From Podarcis cretensis (lineage: Eukaryota), in contig OX638150.1 of assembly GCA_951804945.1 (NCBI GenBank), forward strand, positions 76,446,001 to 76,510,000: a stretch of DNA of 64,000 nucleotides, read 5' to 3'. The notes under the pieces were generated by a model. It worked only from the letters and a program-made list of their open reading frames with translations. It was not told where the DNA came from and did not search any database. The position numbers and the translations under genes were made by a program. Below are positions 38,201 through 48,210 of the stretch, one piece after another; the first letter of the stretch is position 1; every line of letters begins with the position of its first letter.

Positions 38201-41200
38201 GCCTTTTGATAGAAACAAATGGTTGATGACAGGAATTCATCTTAGATGAGAGGAATTAACATTGATTTTGAACTCTTAAAGACTATGTGCATATGAAGAT
38301 TAAGCAGTACAAGCCTAGAAATTCATGTCATTGTTTATGGTATGAAATGGCTTTGCTGGTTTTTGTTGAAGAACAGTGAGTTCGCTTGCTGAATTATCTT
38401 GAGAAATTGCTTATTTCACTGCATATTTGAATACATATTACAATGCTCTAAGATAGGATGAATAGAATTCACGTAACAACTGTAGTAGGCTTCATAAAAG
38501 TTTTTTTTAAAACAAAACAAAACAAAACTGTAGTAGACTGCTTGATGAATTTCCAACTTGTTTTACGCTGGTGGAAGAAATCACATTCACATTTTTTATG
38601 TTTAATGTTTCCATGATGCAATGTGGAATATCTCTCTGAATTTGAAGGGAAAATCTGGATTTCCAAGAGCCCTAAAGATGTGTGTAGTACTTATGGAATC
38701 ACCCAAAGGATCACTAATTTCAGTGTGAAAAATTAAATATTGTTTGGAATAACAAATCTTTAGAAACAGTAAAAATTTTCTTCTCTCAATCACGTATTAG
38801 TCTGAAAATTTTGACCATCACCAACCCAAAGCCACTTAATATGTGCTTTCTTACTGAGCCGTAGCTAGGTGATCTTGTGCCCCTGCCAGAACCATTCAGA
38901 TTGCACCCCCTAGCCATGGACAAATTAGCTCTTCTTTCTACCTCTCCTCCACACACCCCTTTCCACCCATTCATTTCATCCTCTAGTTAAAACCATTTCT
39001 TATGAGGCAATAATTTATATTTATAGACATATTTTTAGCCGATTTTGCCGGGGGGGGGGGCATCGCCTGCGCCCCTGCGGGGGCCCACCTCGCCACCCTC
39101 TAGCTACAGCCCTGCTTTCCTATTCTATATACCTCTCTCATGAAATGATAACAATGCTCTATTGTTTTGGATAGAATTATGCAAGATTTTGAATACTAAT
39201 GAACCACTTCAATTACTACTGAAGCTAAAAGTATGACAATGTCCAAATAAATATAGGTTGCATGATACAAAGAAGCTATTTCCTCAAAACACCATGCTAA
39301 ATGCAGCATTTAGTTTCCCAAAGAAGGGAAAACAAAATGCTGTGAAAGCAGCTAAGCTTAAGCAACACTGAGGACTGAAGGAAGCAAACACTTCATCACA
39401 CAAGATTTAACACAACACATCAGCTTCACATTCCTAGTGCCCTAAAAAAATATTTGCTCTCCAGCAATTTATTCTAAGTGGCCCTGCTTGATTGCTCAGG
39501 ACTACTGCTATCTAATGAGAAAACACCCAAGTGGGAACAAGTTAGCTTCCGAAGATGTTGCTACCATTAATATGCAAATGGAAACACCACAAAACAACTA
39601 ACTTCCCAAACCCATCACTACAGATTTGCAGTTGATCCTTAAGTCACACAGCACCCAGGTTAAAAAGGATTAAGACAAAGCTTGTTTTGTTAACTGATGT
39701 TTTAGCATATTGTCTTACGTTTTTAATATAAGAAGCCAGGTCCATTGTGGGGAAAACAAAGGCTCCAGCAAATCAGACTTATCATAAGCCATGGAAGGCT
39801 CAGCAGGAGCACAGGGAGCTTTTCATTTTCTTCTCCCCTTAGTCACATTTATGCCTTTCACTACCCTCCTTCCCATAGCTCATGCTTGGTTCCACATCCA
39901 TTTCCTCCCTTTCTTTCTCTTTTCCTCCCTCCAGTTTGAACCTTACAGGCTCCTTCCTTCCTACCTCCCTCCCTCCCTCCCTCTTTAACCAACTCCCACA
40001 GGCACCTCTGAACTATGCATGTGGAGAACTGCTGTTAGCGTCCATTCAACTAAAATGCTGTTGGGGGGCAGGGCAAGCTGAAGTGCTGAGGGCCACTGGT
40101 GACCTCTGGCCACTACTTTAAAATGCTGACTAGTCTGCTTAGAGCAAGAAAGGTAAATGTTTTGAATTGCACTCAGAAACCACCCAGGAACCAGGGGAGC
40201 TGTTTCAAAATAGATGCTATCTGCTCCCTGATACTTGTCAATAATCTGGCTGTCACATTCTGAATTCCCTCAGCTGAAGTTTGCAAAAGTACTTCAGGAG
40301 CAGCCTGAAGCAGAAACCCAATCTAGAAGTTAAAGGTAAAGGTAAAGGTACCCCTGCCCGTACGGGCCAGTCTTGACAGACTCTGGGGTTGTGCGCCCAT
40401 CTCACTTAAGAGGCCAGGGGCCAGCGCTGTCCGGAGACACTTCCGGGTCACGTGGCCAGCGTGACATCGCTGCTCTGGCGAGCCAGAGCCGCACACGGAA
40501 ACGCTGTTTACCTTCCCGCTGGTAAGCGGTCCCTATTTATCTACTTGCACCCGGAGGTGCTTTCGAACTGCTAGGTTGGCAGGCGCTGGGACCGAGCAGC
40601 GGGAGCGCACCCCACCGCAGGGATTCGAACCGCCGACCTTTCGATCGGCAAGCCCTAGGCGCTGAGGCTTTAACCCACAGCGCCACCTGCGTCCCTAATC
40701 TAGAAGTTACAAGCATGCAAAACAATGGTCAGGGAACTATTCCCCATGAGTTCCCAAAGTTTGGAAATCAGCTAAAGCTGGTAAAAAAAAAGTCTCCAGA
40801 CCACTGCTTCCACTCCACCATACCAGCACGTTCAGGCAGACTTCAGGCTTAGGGAACTAGCTTGTTTTTACTAGCTCTACTAACTGGAGCCAGGTGTAAA
40901 GAATTCTCAGTTCAGCAGTTTGCTTTGGATACCAGAACTGAATGGAACTCATTTATTCTACAGTTTGGGAATGGTCTACCCACATCCCCAAACTATTCAT
41001 TTGAGGAGTATAATTTAGGGTCATTCTTACTTATAATGTAGGGTCATTCTTAGTTAAACAACTATGAGCGAGAAATCCTTGATAACCTGCTTCAGATCAC
41101 CCAGAGAACTGTCCAACTCTGTCTTAAGGAGGTATGTAACCCCATTTACAAAGTCTCTCCCAAAGGGATCAGAACATCTGACCCGAGTTTCAGCTTGTTT

Positions 41201-43725
41201 TGCGCTTATCCAGCTCACCACCAAACTGAATGAAACTATTATCTCGAACCTTTTCATTCCAGGTTCTGGTCTGGTTCCAGGACAGAATTGGCTTTGGTCA
41301 CCCTGACAGGCAGGGCCAACCCACTACATGATTTTGACACCTTTGGTGACTCACAAAAAGGTGCCCTCTCCCCACCAGGGAAAAAGGGGTGAAGATTTCC
41401 ACCAGGAACAAGGGAGGAAATAAATACATACATTGGGATTTGCTGCTCCTATGGATCCTGCCACCTGAGCCAGTTGGCTCACCTTGCTTTATGGGTGGGC
41501 CCTCCTGATAAAGGTAAAGGTACCCCTGCCCGTACAGGCCAGTCTTGACAGACTCTGGGGTTGTGCGCCCATCTCACTCAAGAGGCCGGGGGCCAGCGCT
41601 GTCCGGAAACACTTCCGGGTCACGTGGCCAGCGTGACATTGCTGCTCTGGCCAGAGCCAGAGCCGCACACGGAAACGCCGTTTACCTTCCCGCTGGTAAG
41701 CGGTCCCTATTTATCTACTTGCACCCGGAGGTGCTTTCGAACTGCTAGGTTGGCAGGCGCTGGGACCGAGCAGCGGGAGCGCACCCCGCCGCAGGGATTC
41801 GAACCGCCGACCTTTTGATCGGCAAGTCCTAGGCGCTGAGGCTTTAACCCACAGCGTCGTGACCTTTATTGGGAGAGGGAAAGGGAGAATTGCAGCTCTG
41901 TTACTTTTGCTTGATCCCTCAACAACTTTCAGCTGATGACCATGGGGTGGTAGTTGAAGGCACTGTACTGTATTCATTCTCTTCCAACTTGTGGGGTAGG
42001 TTCCTGAGAACAGTACTAGGTTATTGCCAGGTGACAGAGATACAATTATGCTGCAGGGTGCAACAAGTATCAAATATACAAATAAACTCAAGAGCTTACT
42101 TGGATTTTTAAGATTAGAACATTTGTAAATATTTTAATTCATGACAACTCAGTAACATAGACTTCCGTTGTTTAAATTTTATGGGGGGGGGAATGAAGGT
42201 ATTGAAAAAATCTTAACATACCGCTTTTAGCAATCTGAAGAGCTGCATGCCCATTATTTAATAGATGGTGATAGTCTATTAATTACAAATTTGAAACTGC
42301 CCAACATGACTGATCAGCTCATTACGTTATTTATTTTTATGAACATGCATTTTTAGACTGCAGATTTTCTATAGAAAAATATAGCACTGTAAAATTTTCC
42401 ACCCCATATCACTGGGTTTTAGAGTAAATGAATCTGGTATTTTTTTACATCTGTTATCTTGAAATTGTTGTCCCTGCTAGTTTCTTCCACTAGCATTTAA
42501 CATACTTGGCAATGGTAAACTACTCACTGAGGGCATACTAGAAATACAAAATGGTTTCAGATGTAGATGTTAACAATACATCATATAGGATATGAAAGGC
42601 CCTAAAGTGGGCAGATGAGAACTTAATAATAATCTTATCTATCTATTACAAGAATACAGTACACTAGATACTGATATCTAAGTGATTGAAGGAACTCAGC
42701 TGTATATTAACATGTGTCCCATATGATCTAACTTGGTTTATGCCCTTCTCATCTGAGCAGACATCTATTCTCAAAAGAGTATTTGAAGCCATTCTAACTT
42801 TGGAGGGCTGCGGATCTAGAAACTCCTGCTTGCTCTCTACAGTGAGAAATGAATATCTGAACAAAATAAAAAAATCCCTTCCAGTAGCACCTTAAAGACC
42901 AACTAAGTTAGTTCTTGGTATGAGCTTTCGTGTGCATGCACACTGTATCTGAAGAAGTGTGCATGCACACGAAAGCTCATACCAAGAACTAACTTAGTTG
43001 GTCTTTAAGGTGCTACTGGAAGGGTTTTTTTTATTTTGTTTTGACTATGGCAGACCAACACGGCTACCTATCTGTAAATGAATATCTGATGAAACATGTT
43101 GGACAAACCAACAAAAGCAATCAGATGGGATTCTGGCCACACAGCTCCCTGGCGAAATTAGAACACAGCTACGGTACTGAACTCCTTTTCATATAAAACC
43201 AGGCTGCGAACAGCTTAATCTGATGGCTCCCAACGGAGCTAACGATTTGCAGTGGGGCAGCTGGGGGAGGCAGCATTGCAATTTATCACCATCAGCTTCC
43301 ACTTCCACAAATGCATCAGGCACACAGTCAAAGCTCCCACCCCGCGTGGGAAGGCTAATAATAATAATAATAATAATAATATTGTGGTTACCGTAAACCA
43401 GCTTTTTCATCTCGTGGTACCTGGCCCAGAGATAGGACTTGGTGTCGACCCCTTCGACGGGGCTGCCCAAAGGGGCAGTGGCTGCATGGCTGGAGTCCCC
43501 GGCTCTCTTGACTTTGCCGTTCAAGGAGGGCGGCGGCGGTGGCGGTGGCGAGTGTCCCGCCGACTGGTGCTGGTGGGCCCTCGGCTGGCAGCAGCCAGCG
43601 CGCCCGTCTCCGCTGCCTTTGGAGGCGCAGCTGTGAGTGGAAGCGGCAGCGGCCACCAGCTGCAGACCGACTCCGCCGCTCTTCCACACGCTGCCGCCTG
43701 CAGCCTTGAGTCCCGCGGCAGCCAT
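14856..43725 (-). CDS. NT5DC2: 5'-nucleotidase domain-containing protein 2 (HAD superfamily), 14 core coding exons, 591 aa
   Basis: complement join(43392-43725,37558-37742,35883-35957,33242-33297,29412-29505,24696-24824,23843-23903,23554-23656,21076-21177,20179-20260,18123-18209,16722-16862,16409-16473,14856-15117) = 1776 nt, all GT-AG. HAD motifs [15 protein letters not shown] and GDHLYSD are intact. C-terminus ...[33 protein letters not shown]. Confidence 0.96.
15165..16030 (-). mobile_element. GC/CpG-rich insert in the last NT5DC2 intron, possible LTR/ERV-derived
   Basis: Sharp compositional switch, CpG retention, AATAAA on minus strand near 15283; no TSD could be fixed. Confidence 0.35.
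16409..16473 (-). CDS. NT5DC2: NT5DC2 exon 13
   Basis: [21 protein letters not shown]. Confidence 0.93.
16722..16862 (-). CDS. NT5DC2: NT5DC2 exon 12
   Basis: [47 protein letters not shown]. Confidence 0.95.
18123..18209 (-). CDS. NT5DC2: NT5DC2 exon 11 (HAD motif IV)
   Basis: [29 protein letters not shown]. Confidence 0.95.
20179..20260 (-). CDS. NT5DC2: NT5DC2 exon 10
   Basis: [27 protein letters not shown]. Confidence 0.94.
21076..21177 (-). CDS. NT5DC2: NT5DC2 exon 9 (HAD motif III)
   Basis: [33 protein letters not shown]. Confidence 0.94.
22058..22243. mobile_element. Old MITE-like repeat with GAATTCAAC...GTTGAATTC termini
   Basis: Inverted ends gaattcaac/gttgaattc; similar starts near 8788 and 56590. 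Confidence 0.4.
23554..23656 (-). CDS. NT5DC2: NT5DC2 exon 8 (HAD motif II)
   Basis: [34 protein letters not shown]. Confidence 0.94.
23843..23903 (-). CDS. NT5DC2: NT5DC2 exon 7
   Basis: [20 protein letters not shown]. Confidence 0.93.
24096..24149. repeat. Compound microsatellite (CT)n(GT)n
   Basis: Direct reading. Confidence 0.95.
24375..24497 (+). mobile_element. Degenerate Penelope-type pLTR fragment (older family)
   Basis: gatgaagtgga..tccaccaaagcatatgccacaataaaa..gtctttaaggtaccacaagac...aacatggctgcccctctgga parallels the 3' arm of the 42861 element; ribozyme core decayed. Confidence 0.5.
24696..24824 (-). CDS. NT5DC2: NT5DC2 exon 6
   Basis: [26 protein letters not shown]...LYKDIS. 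Confidence 0.94.
29234..29263 (-). CDS. NT5DC2: Candidate NT5DC2 cassette exon (30 nt, [10 protein letters not shown]), first member of the intron-5 micro-exon array
   Basis: ctgtttcttcag|GAG CTT TAT GAA CAA TTT GTC AGG GAG ACG|gtgagt; phase 0-0, strong splice sites, no stop. Confidence 0.6.
29412..29505 (-). CDS. NT5DC2: NT5DC2 exon 5
   Basis: [31 protein letters not shown]. Confidence 0.94.
29982..30282 (+). mobile_element. 5'-truncated LINE 3'UTR-like insertion with A-rich tail
   Basis: T-rich body, AATAAA, A-rich tail; 35-bp flanking direct repeat (29947-29981, 30283-30317; 1 mismatch). Confidence 0.65.
31108..32934 (+). mobile_element. Non-autonomous L1-clade (HAL1-like) retroposon, about 1.83 kb
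   Basis: CpG-rich 5' end starting gggacttccgg; single 188-aa ORF; AATAAA plus poly-A tail; 16-bp TSD gagggacagtgagata (31092-31107, 32935-32950); no EN/RT coding. Confidence 0.8.
31935..32501 (+). CDS. Retroposon-encoded 188-aa charged, coiled-coil-like ORF (ORF1-like)
   Basis: ACAATGG start, open for 188 codons inside the TSD-flanked element; E/K/L-rich; ORF1 identity is inferred from position only. Confidence 0.45.
   Translation: MAAEGKLLAEIEKMFFLVGILQEQSTAMNKELLTLNSKTNNSAECIKDSTDKESVAEPEMTSLEPMERKEEVEKVQAENTNQKFILSEKKEEDLRIINLRKMKKEVPGVLGTLEFKRIKKHDWDFLFEYGRTADLLQQLLLNISDGRKFVVTVTELLRDLRTNKKDYQQNRQRETNRELRASDVRSPG
33242..33297 (-). CDS. NT5DC2: NT5DC2 exon 4
   Basis: [18 protein letters not shown]. 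Confidence 0.94.
35192..35228. repeat. (CA)n microsatellite
   Basis: Direct reading. Confidence 0.95.
35320..35475 (+). mobile_element. tRNA-Ile-derived SINE with CR1-type 3' tail
   Basis: Head tagctcagttggttagagtgtggtgctaa..ccaagg resembles tRNA-Ile(AAT); tail ttggactagatgatcctcagggtccc.. resembles the CR1 3' end. Confidence 0.7.
35883..35957 (-). CDS. NT5DC2: NT5DC2 exon 3
   Basis: [25 protein letters not shown]. Confidence 0.94.
37558..37742 (-). CDS. NT5DC2: NT5DC2 exon 2 (HAD motif I)
   Basis: [41 protein letters not shown]... Confidence 0.95.
37976..38064 (-). mobile_element. BovB/RTE LINE 3'-end fragment
   Basis: Minus strand reads gggaggcagtggaagacagg...tggtccatggggtcacgaagagtcgga...gactaaacgactaaacgacaaca. 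Confidence 0.75.
40333..40695 (-). mobile_element. Sauria (Squam1) SINE, full length
   Basis: A/B-box head GGGACGC..TGGCGCTGTGG..GGTTCGAATCC, ACCTTT tail; 13-bp TSD aatctagaagtta (40320-40332, 40697-40709). Confidence 0.92.
41311..41507. mobile_element. hAT-like MITE, same family as 45539-45741
   Basis: Shared ctatggatcc..ccacctgag..ccttg..atggg segment and cagggcc start. Confidence 0.5.
41510..41856 (-). mobile_element. Sauria (Squam1) SINE, slightly 5'-truncated
   Basis: Near-identical to the 40333 copy. Confidence 0.9.
42861..43075 (+). mobile_element. Penelope-like element remnant (inverted pseudo-LTR arms) with hammerhead ribozyme core
   Basis: Inverted arms of about 83 bp; 14-bp TSD aaatgaatatctga (42847-42860, 43076-43089); CTGAAGA...GAAA core. 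Confidence 0.78.
42945..42982 (+). ncRNA. Minimal hammerhead ribozyme motif (PLE-type)
   Basis: GUAU-CUGAAGA-A-GUGUG(CAUG)CACAC-GAAA-GC-UC^AUAC: stem I GUAU/AUAC, stem II 5 bp, vestigial palindromic stem III. Confidence 0.6.
43356..43382. repeat. (AAT)n microsatellite next to the NT5DC2 exon 1 donor
   Basis: Direct reading. Confidence 0.9.
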
Positions 43726-45250
43726 GGAGCCTCTCCGGGGCGGCAGGACACCTCTTCCGTGGGGGGTTAAAAGGCCATAACCTCAGAGAAGCACGAAGAG
43801 GCCACCTCAGCCCCTCGCAGTCCCCTGCTCTCTGCTCCGGCCACTGGCCGCGCGACGCGACTTCTCCAGCCGCCGCCGCCGCCGCGCAAGAGCCAGCCAG
43901 CCAATGGAAGCGCAGCCAAGCTGGCCAATCCCTGGCGCCCCATCAGGAGAGACCCCTTGCGAGGAGGAGCAGGCGGCGGGGTCCCCGAACCCAGGCGCTG
44001 CGTGGCGACTTGGGATTTGTAGGCTGAGCGAATCTTTTCCTAGCGGCCTCTCTCCGAGTATTCGAGGAGCCAAGGACTACCACACCCGTGAGCCTTTTCG
44101 CCCGCCCAGTTAGAAGGCATTTAAATCATTCAGTGCGGGGATGTTTTCCAAAAGACTGCGCGCTTGATGATTGTGTTGCGCTGCGGTTCTTGCCGTGGGG
44201 AAGAGGGAGGTTTGGGCTACCGTTTCTATTTGTCGTCTGCTTTTCCTCGCTTAGTTGTTTCTGCCAGTCTGGAGAAAGAGGGGACGGCTATTCGTTAGAG
44301 GAGCTCTCAGTGAAATAAATGGATGGAGGGAAAAGAGAGAAGGGAATTGCTTCTCCACGCTAAGCCTATTTATTCAGAAATAAGTTCCATTGCTTTCAGC
44401 GGGGCTTACTCCTATGAATTCTTACCAAGGAATAAGCGCCACAGGGCTTCTGTGAGCCCAGTGAGATTTGGCGTGATCTTCGGCGGTTAATAAATTATTA
44501 AACATGCCATAATAAATGTTGGCTTTTAAGATGCCACATGGCAGTTCTTTTCCCCGCCATGCAGACTAATAGTTCCACTGTCAGGAAATGACGCATTGGA
44601 ATTATTTTGAAGGGAAGTAACAGCCAGCCGAATATGCATCCAAGTTGCACAACGCAGCGCTAATATAGCCAACATGTACAACACGGCTTTTTTCTGGATC
44701 CTGTATCTTCAGCACGAGTCTTGTCCCCGCCCCTACGAGTATTCCCTGAAACACTAGACCTTCCTGTTTTGTAGTTTAGAGAAAAGCAACAAGGGGACAT
44801 CTGGAAGCTTATGGCGGAGACCTGAAATCCTGTGCCCCTTACTCGGGAGTACTCCCACTGAACCCAGCGTGCCTTTAATATCGCTAGGAGCTGGCTGCCA
44901 CCTTGCTCCCTTGTGCTCTCGGGCCCACCATTAGCGCTCGAGTTCCTCAGCGAGAGCAAAAAACCCATCTCCTCCCGCCTATTCCTCATCTGTTCCGCAA
45001 GCCACGCCCTCTAGCGCAGCGAGCCAATGGGATCCGGCTATTTCCCTTAGCGCGTCAGGAGGAGGCGGAGCGAATTTTCCTCTTCCGTCGTCTCTTGCCC
45101 ACAAGGGGTAAGTCTGCCGCCTCGCACAGGTCTGCTCTTTAGGCTCCAAGGTGAGGGCCTGCCGCGCCTGCGGCAGAGTCTTCAGGGCGGCTCAGTGATT
45201 GGGTGAATTCGAAAACGCAGAGTGGGGGTATTTGCCGTTATGACCGTTGA
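43380..45250. promoter_or_regulatory. CpG-island divergent promoter region for NT5DC2 (-) and SMIM4 (+)
   Basis: High GC and CpG density; CCAAT boxes near 43901, 43924 and 45024; ETS-like CTTCCG near 45082; splice donors gtaagt (45108) and gtgagg (45151) define a probable non-coding SMIM4 exon 1. Confidence 0.8.
43392..43725 (-). CDS. NT5DC2: NT5DC2 exon 1
   Basis: GCCATGG start in CpG island; ...[15 protein letters not shown]|gtaacc. Confidence 0.88.
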
Positions 45251-45538
45251 ACCTGCGAGGGGTGGGGTGGTCGGGGTGGAGGAGCTGCTGCAATAAGCGC
45301 TCCAAACTCGGGCCCACAAGAGACTGGAAGGTGTCAATGGAGTGGCGAATAAAAGACGCGGGTGATGGTGGTGGAACATAGGGCTAAGAGGTGAATAAAA
45401 TGATGCACCTTGCGGAGAAAGTCACCCGCCCGTTCTCATAGTGCGGAAACTAAGGGTCGCCTAAGGAAGCTTAATAGTTAAGCTGTGGAGTTTTGTACTG
45501 CAAGATGAAACAGTGGGCGGCTTCAAAAGGGGCTTGGA

Positions 45539-45741
45539 CAGGGTCCGCCCAAGACATTTTGCCGCCTGAGGCAAACCACTGAATGGCGGCCCCCTTCCTC
45601 CCCGCCAGGGAAGGAGGAGTGGGTGAAGAGCTGCATCAGGAACAGGGGCGGGCATAAAGATAACAAGGGAGTCTGCTGCCCCTATGGATCCTTCCACCTG
45701 AGGCAGTCGCCTCGCCTTGTCTCATGCATGGGCTGGCCCTG
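45539..45741. mobile_element. hAT-like MITE
   Basis: Termini cagggtccgccc...gggctggccctg; degenerate 8-bp flanks ggcttgga/ggtttaga; shares internal sequence with 41311-41507. Confidence 0.55.
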
Positions 45742-45816
45742 GGTTTAGACAAAATTCATGGAGGGAAAGGCTGCTAGTCACGATGGTTATTGGAAATTGA
45801 TAGCCTCTGAATACTA

Positions 45817-46175
45817 AAGGTAAAGGTACCCCTGCCCGTACGGGCCAGTCTTGACAGACTCTGGGGTTGTGCGCCCATCTCACTTAAGAGGCCAGGGGCC
45901 AGCGCTGTCCGGAGACACTTCCGGGTCACGTGGCCAACATGACATCGCTGCTCTGGCCAGAGCCAGAGCCGCACACGGAAACGCCGTTTACCTTCCCGCT
46001 GGTAAGCGGTCCCTATTTATCTACTTGCACCCGGAGGTGCTTTCGAACTGCTAGGTTGGCAGGCGCTGGGACCGAGCAGCGGGAGCGCACCCCGCCGCAG
46101 GGATTCGAACCGCCGACCTTTCGATCGGCAAGCCCTAGGCGCTGAGGCTTTAACCCACAGCGCCACCTGCGTCCC
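45817..46175 (-). mobile_element. Sauria (Squam1) SINE, full length
   Basis: 12-bp TSD ctctgaatacta (45805-45816, 46179-46190). Confidence 0.92.
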
Positions 46176-46217
46176 ACTCTCTGAATACTAGTTACTGGGA
46201 ATTACAAAAGGAGGAAA

Positions 46218-46575
46218 GGGACGCGGGTGGCGCTGTGGGTAAAAGCCTCAGCGCCTAGGGCTTGCCGATCGAAAGGTCGGCGGTTTGAATCCCCGCGGCG
46301 GGGTGCGCTCCCGCTGCTCGGTCCCAGCGCCTGCCAACCTAGCAGTTCGAAAGCACCTCCGGGTGCAAGTAGATAAATAGGGACCGCTTACCAGCGGGAA
46401 GGTAAACGGCGTTTCCGTGTGCGGCTCTGGCTCGCCAGAGCAGCGATGTCATGCTGGCCACGTGACCCGGAAGTGTCTCCGGACAGCGCTGGCCCCCGGC
46501 CTCTTGAGTGAGATGGGCGCACAACCCCAGAGTCTGTCAAGACTGGCCCGTACGGGCAGTGGTACCTTTACCTTT
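46218..46575 (+). mobile_element. Sauria (Squam1) SINE, full length
   Basis: 11-bp TSD ttacaaaagga (46202-46212, 46576-46586); head-to-head with the previous copy. Confidence 0.92.
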
Positions 46576-48210
46576 TTACAAAAGGAAGAAATGCTGCTGT
46601 GTTTATGCCCAGCTTCCATCCTGTCCTGGATGAAGGACTAGATGGGCTAACAAACTGAAAACAAGACTAAAACGAGTCATGACTAAGGTATTAATTTAGC
46701 CCTTTTTTCCTCCAGGAACAGGGCCACCTGATAAACAAGCATCTAGTTGCATGTTTGTTGAGAATAGGTAGCTATTTGTCTTAAATGCAAAGAGAAAGCA
46801 GCTGTAAATAGTAGGCTGAAGTAGTGATTAAGTTTCATGAAGGGTCTACTGGGCCTATTGACTGATACACACTATAAAATTCTGCAGGTACCTCAAATAT
46901 ACAATCTGTATAAAACAGGGATCGGTAGCCTGTTCCAACAGCCAATAGGGGCAGTGATTTACAAGGGGCAGGTACAAGAAAATAGGTAATGTTCCAAATA
47001 TACTTAGGGACACCTGGAGAAAATGGCAAATGTAAAATATAGGACTGAAAGTTTTAATCAGATTTAATTAATAGCCCTCCTAATCCTATGCATGTTTACT
47101 CTGAAATAAGTCCCATTGAAAGTAAAACTTGCAGTGGCTTTCCATATTTTTTCCAGTGAGCTCCCTATGAATAAGAATGAACACTGTACTTATTCTTAAG
47201 TATGTTAAATATGTATACTACTATAATCAGCTAACTTTACATAAGGTAGTTCAGGAAACTTGCAAAACTTTTTACATGTTAGCAAAGCGATAAACAAGAA
47301 AACTGGCATTTATTTACCAGTCAGAGTACTGGGTGATTTTTTTTTCATTATTCAGTAAAACAAATGGAGCTAAATATTCACACAGAAGCTCTGTTAACTT
47401 TAATGAACTTTTGCAAGTTTCATGTCGAAGCTTGGCTCTTGTTTTTACTTCTCAGTATTTCTCTTTTCCTTGTGTGTGGTTAGATGCTGAAGATTCTGTT
47501 TATACACTGAATGCTGCAGAAATGATTTGATATTGCAGTGGAGTCTTTATTTCTCACTTGTTGACGTGAACCTGACTAGGTTGCATCCCAGACATAGAAA
47601 CACAAATAGAAAGTTGCAAGGTCAGTGTGCTAAATTTATTCTGTTAATTATTGTTAGGGGTCCTTGCATTTCAAACTGTAAAGTATACCTGACAGCTAGT
47701 GCTAAATAAATGTTTAATAGAAGCATAATTATGTTCTACTGTCGGAAAAGTGGTTTCCAGGGTTTTTTGGTGAGTAATTCAGGAGAACCCTCATATTAGT
47801 GCATGGGGGAGGAGAGGGGGGGATCATTTCATCTGGAAGCTGAAAAGCTTGTGTGGATTAAAATACTGTCATAGTGCTGTATATGAGTGATTCTATAAAT
47901 GAATGTGAAAATTATAGAATGCATATAAATTCAAGAATACATTCATATGCACGCTGTCCTAGGAATAATTGCCAATTAAGTAGAATTTACTAATGAGAAA
48001 GCATGCATAGATCAGTCTGCATAGCTCTTTATTATTTGAGTTTTGAATGTTTATTGCACAGGGTCAAGTTGTGTACTGTACAAGAACGATATGAAACCCA
48101 GTTGGTTTCATTAGCTACTCTCCATATAGGTTTATTAATCATTCTTATCAATTTTTTACATTTTCTAGGATCAACCGCTCACTTGCAAGGATTATAAGTT
48201 CCTATGTAAA

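Noticed and set aside
43252-44113. Multiple overlapping GC-rich ORFs
   Set aside because: Stop-poor CpG island and antisense frames of NT5DC2 exon 1.
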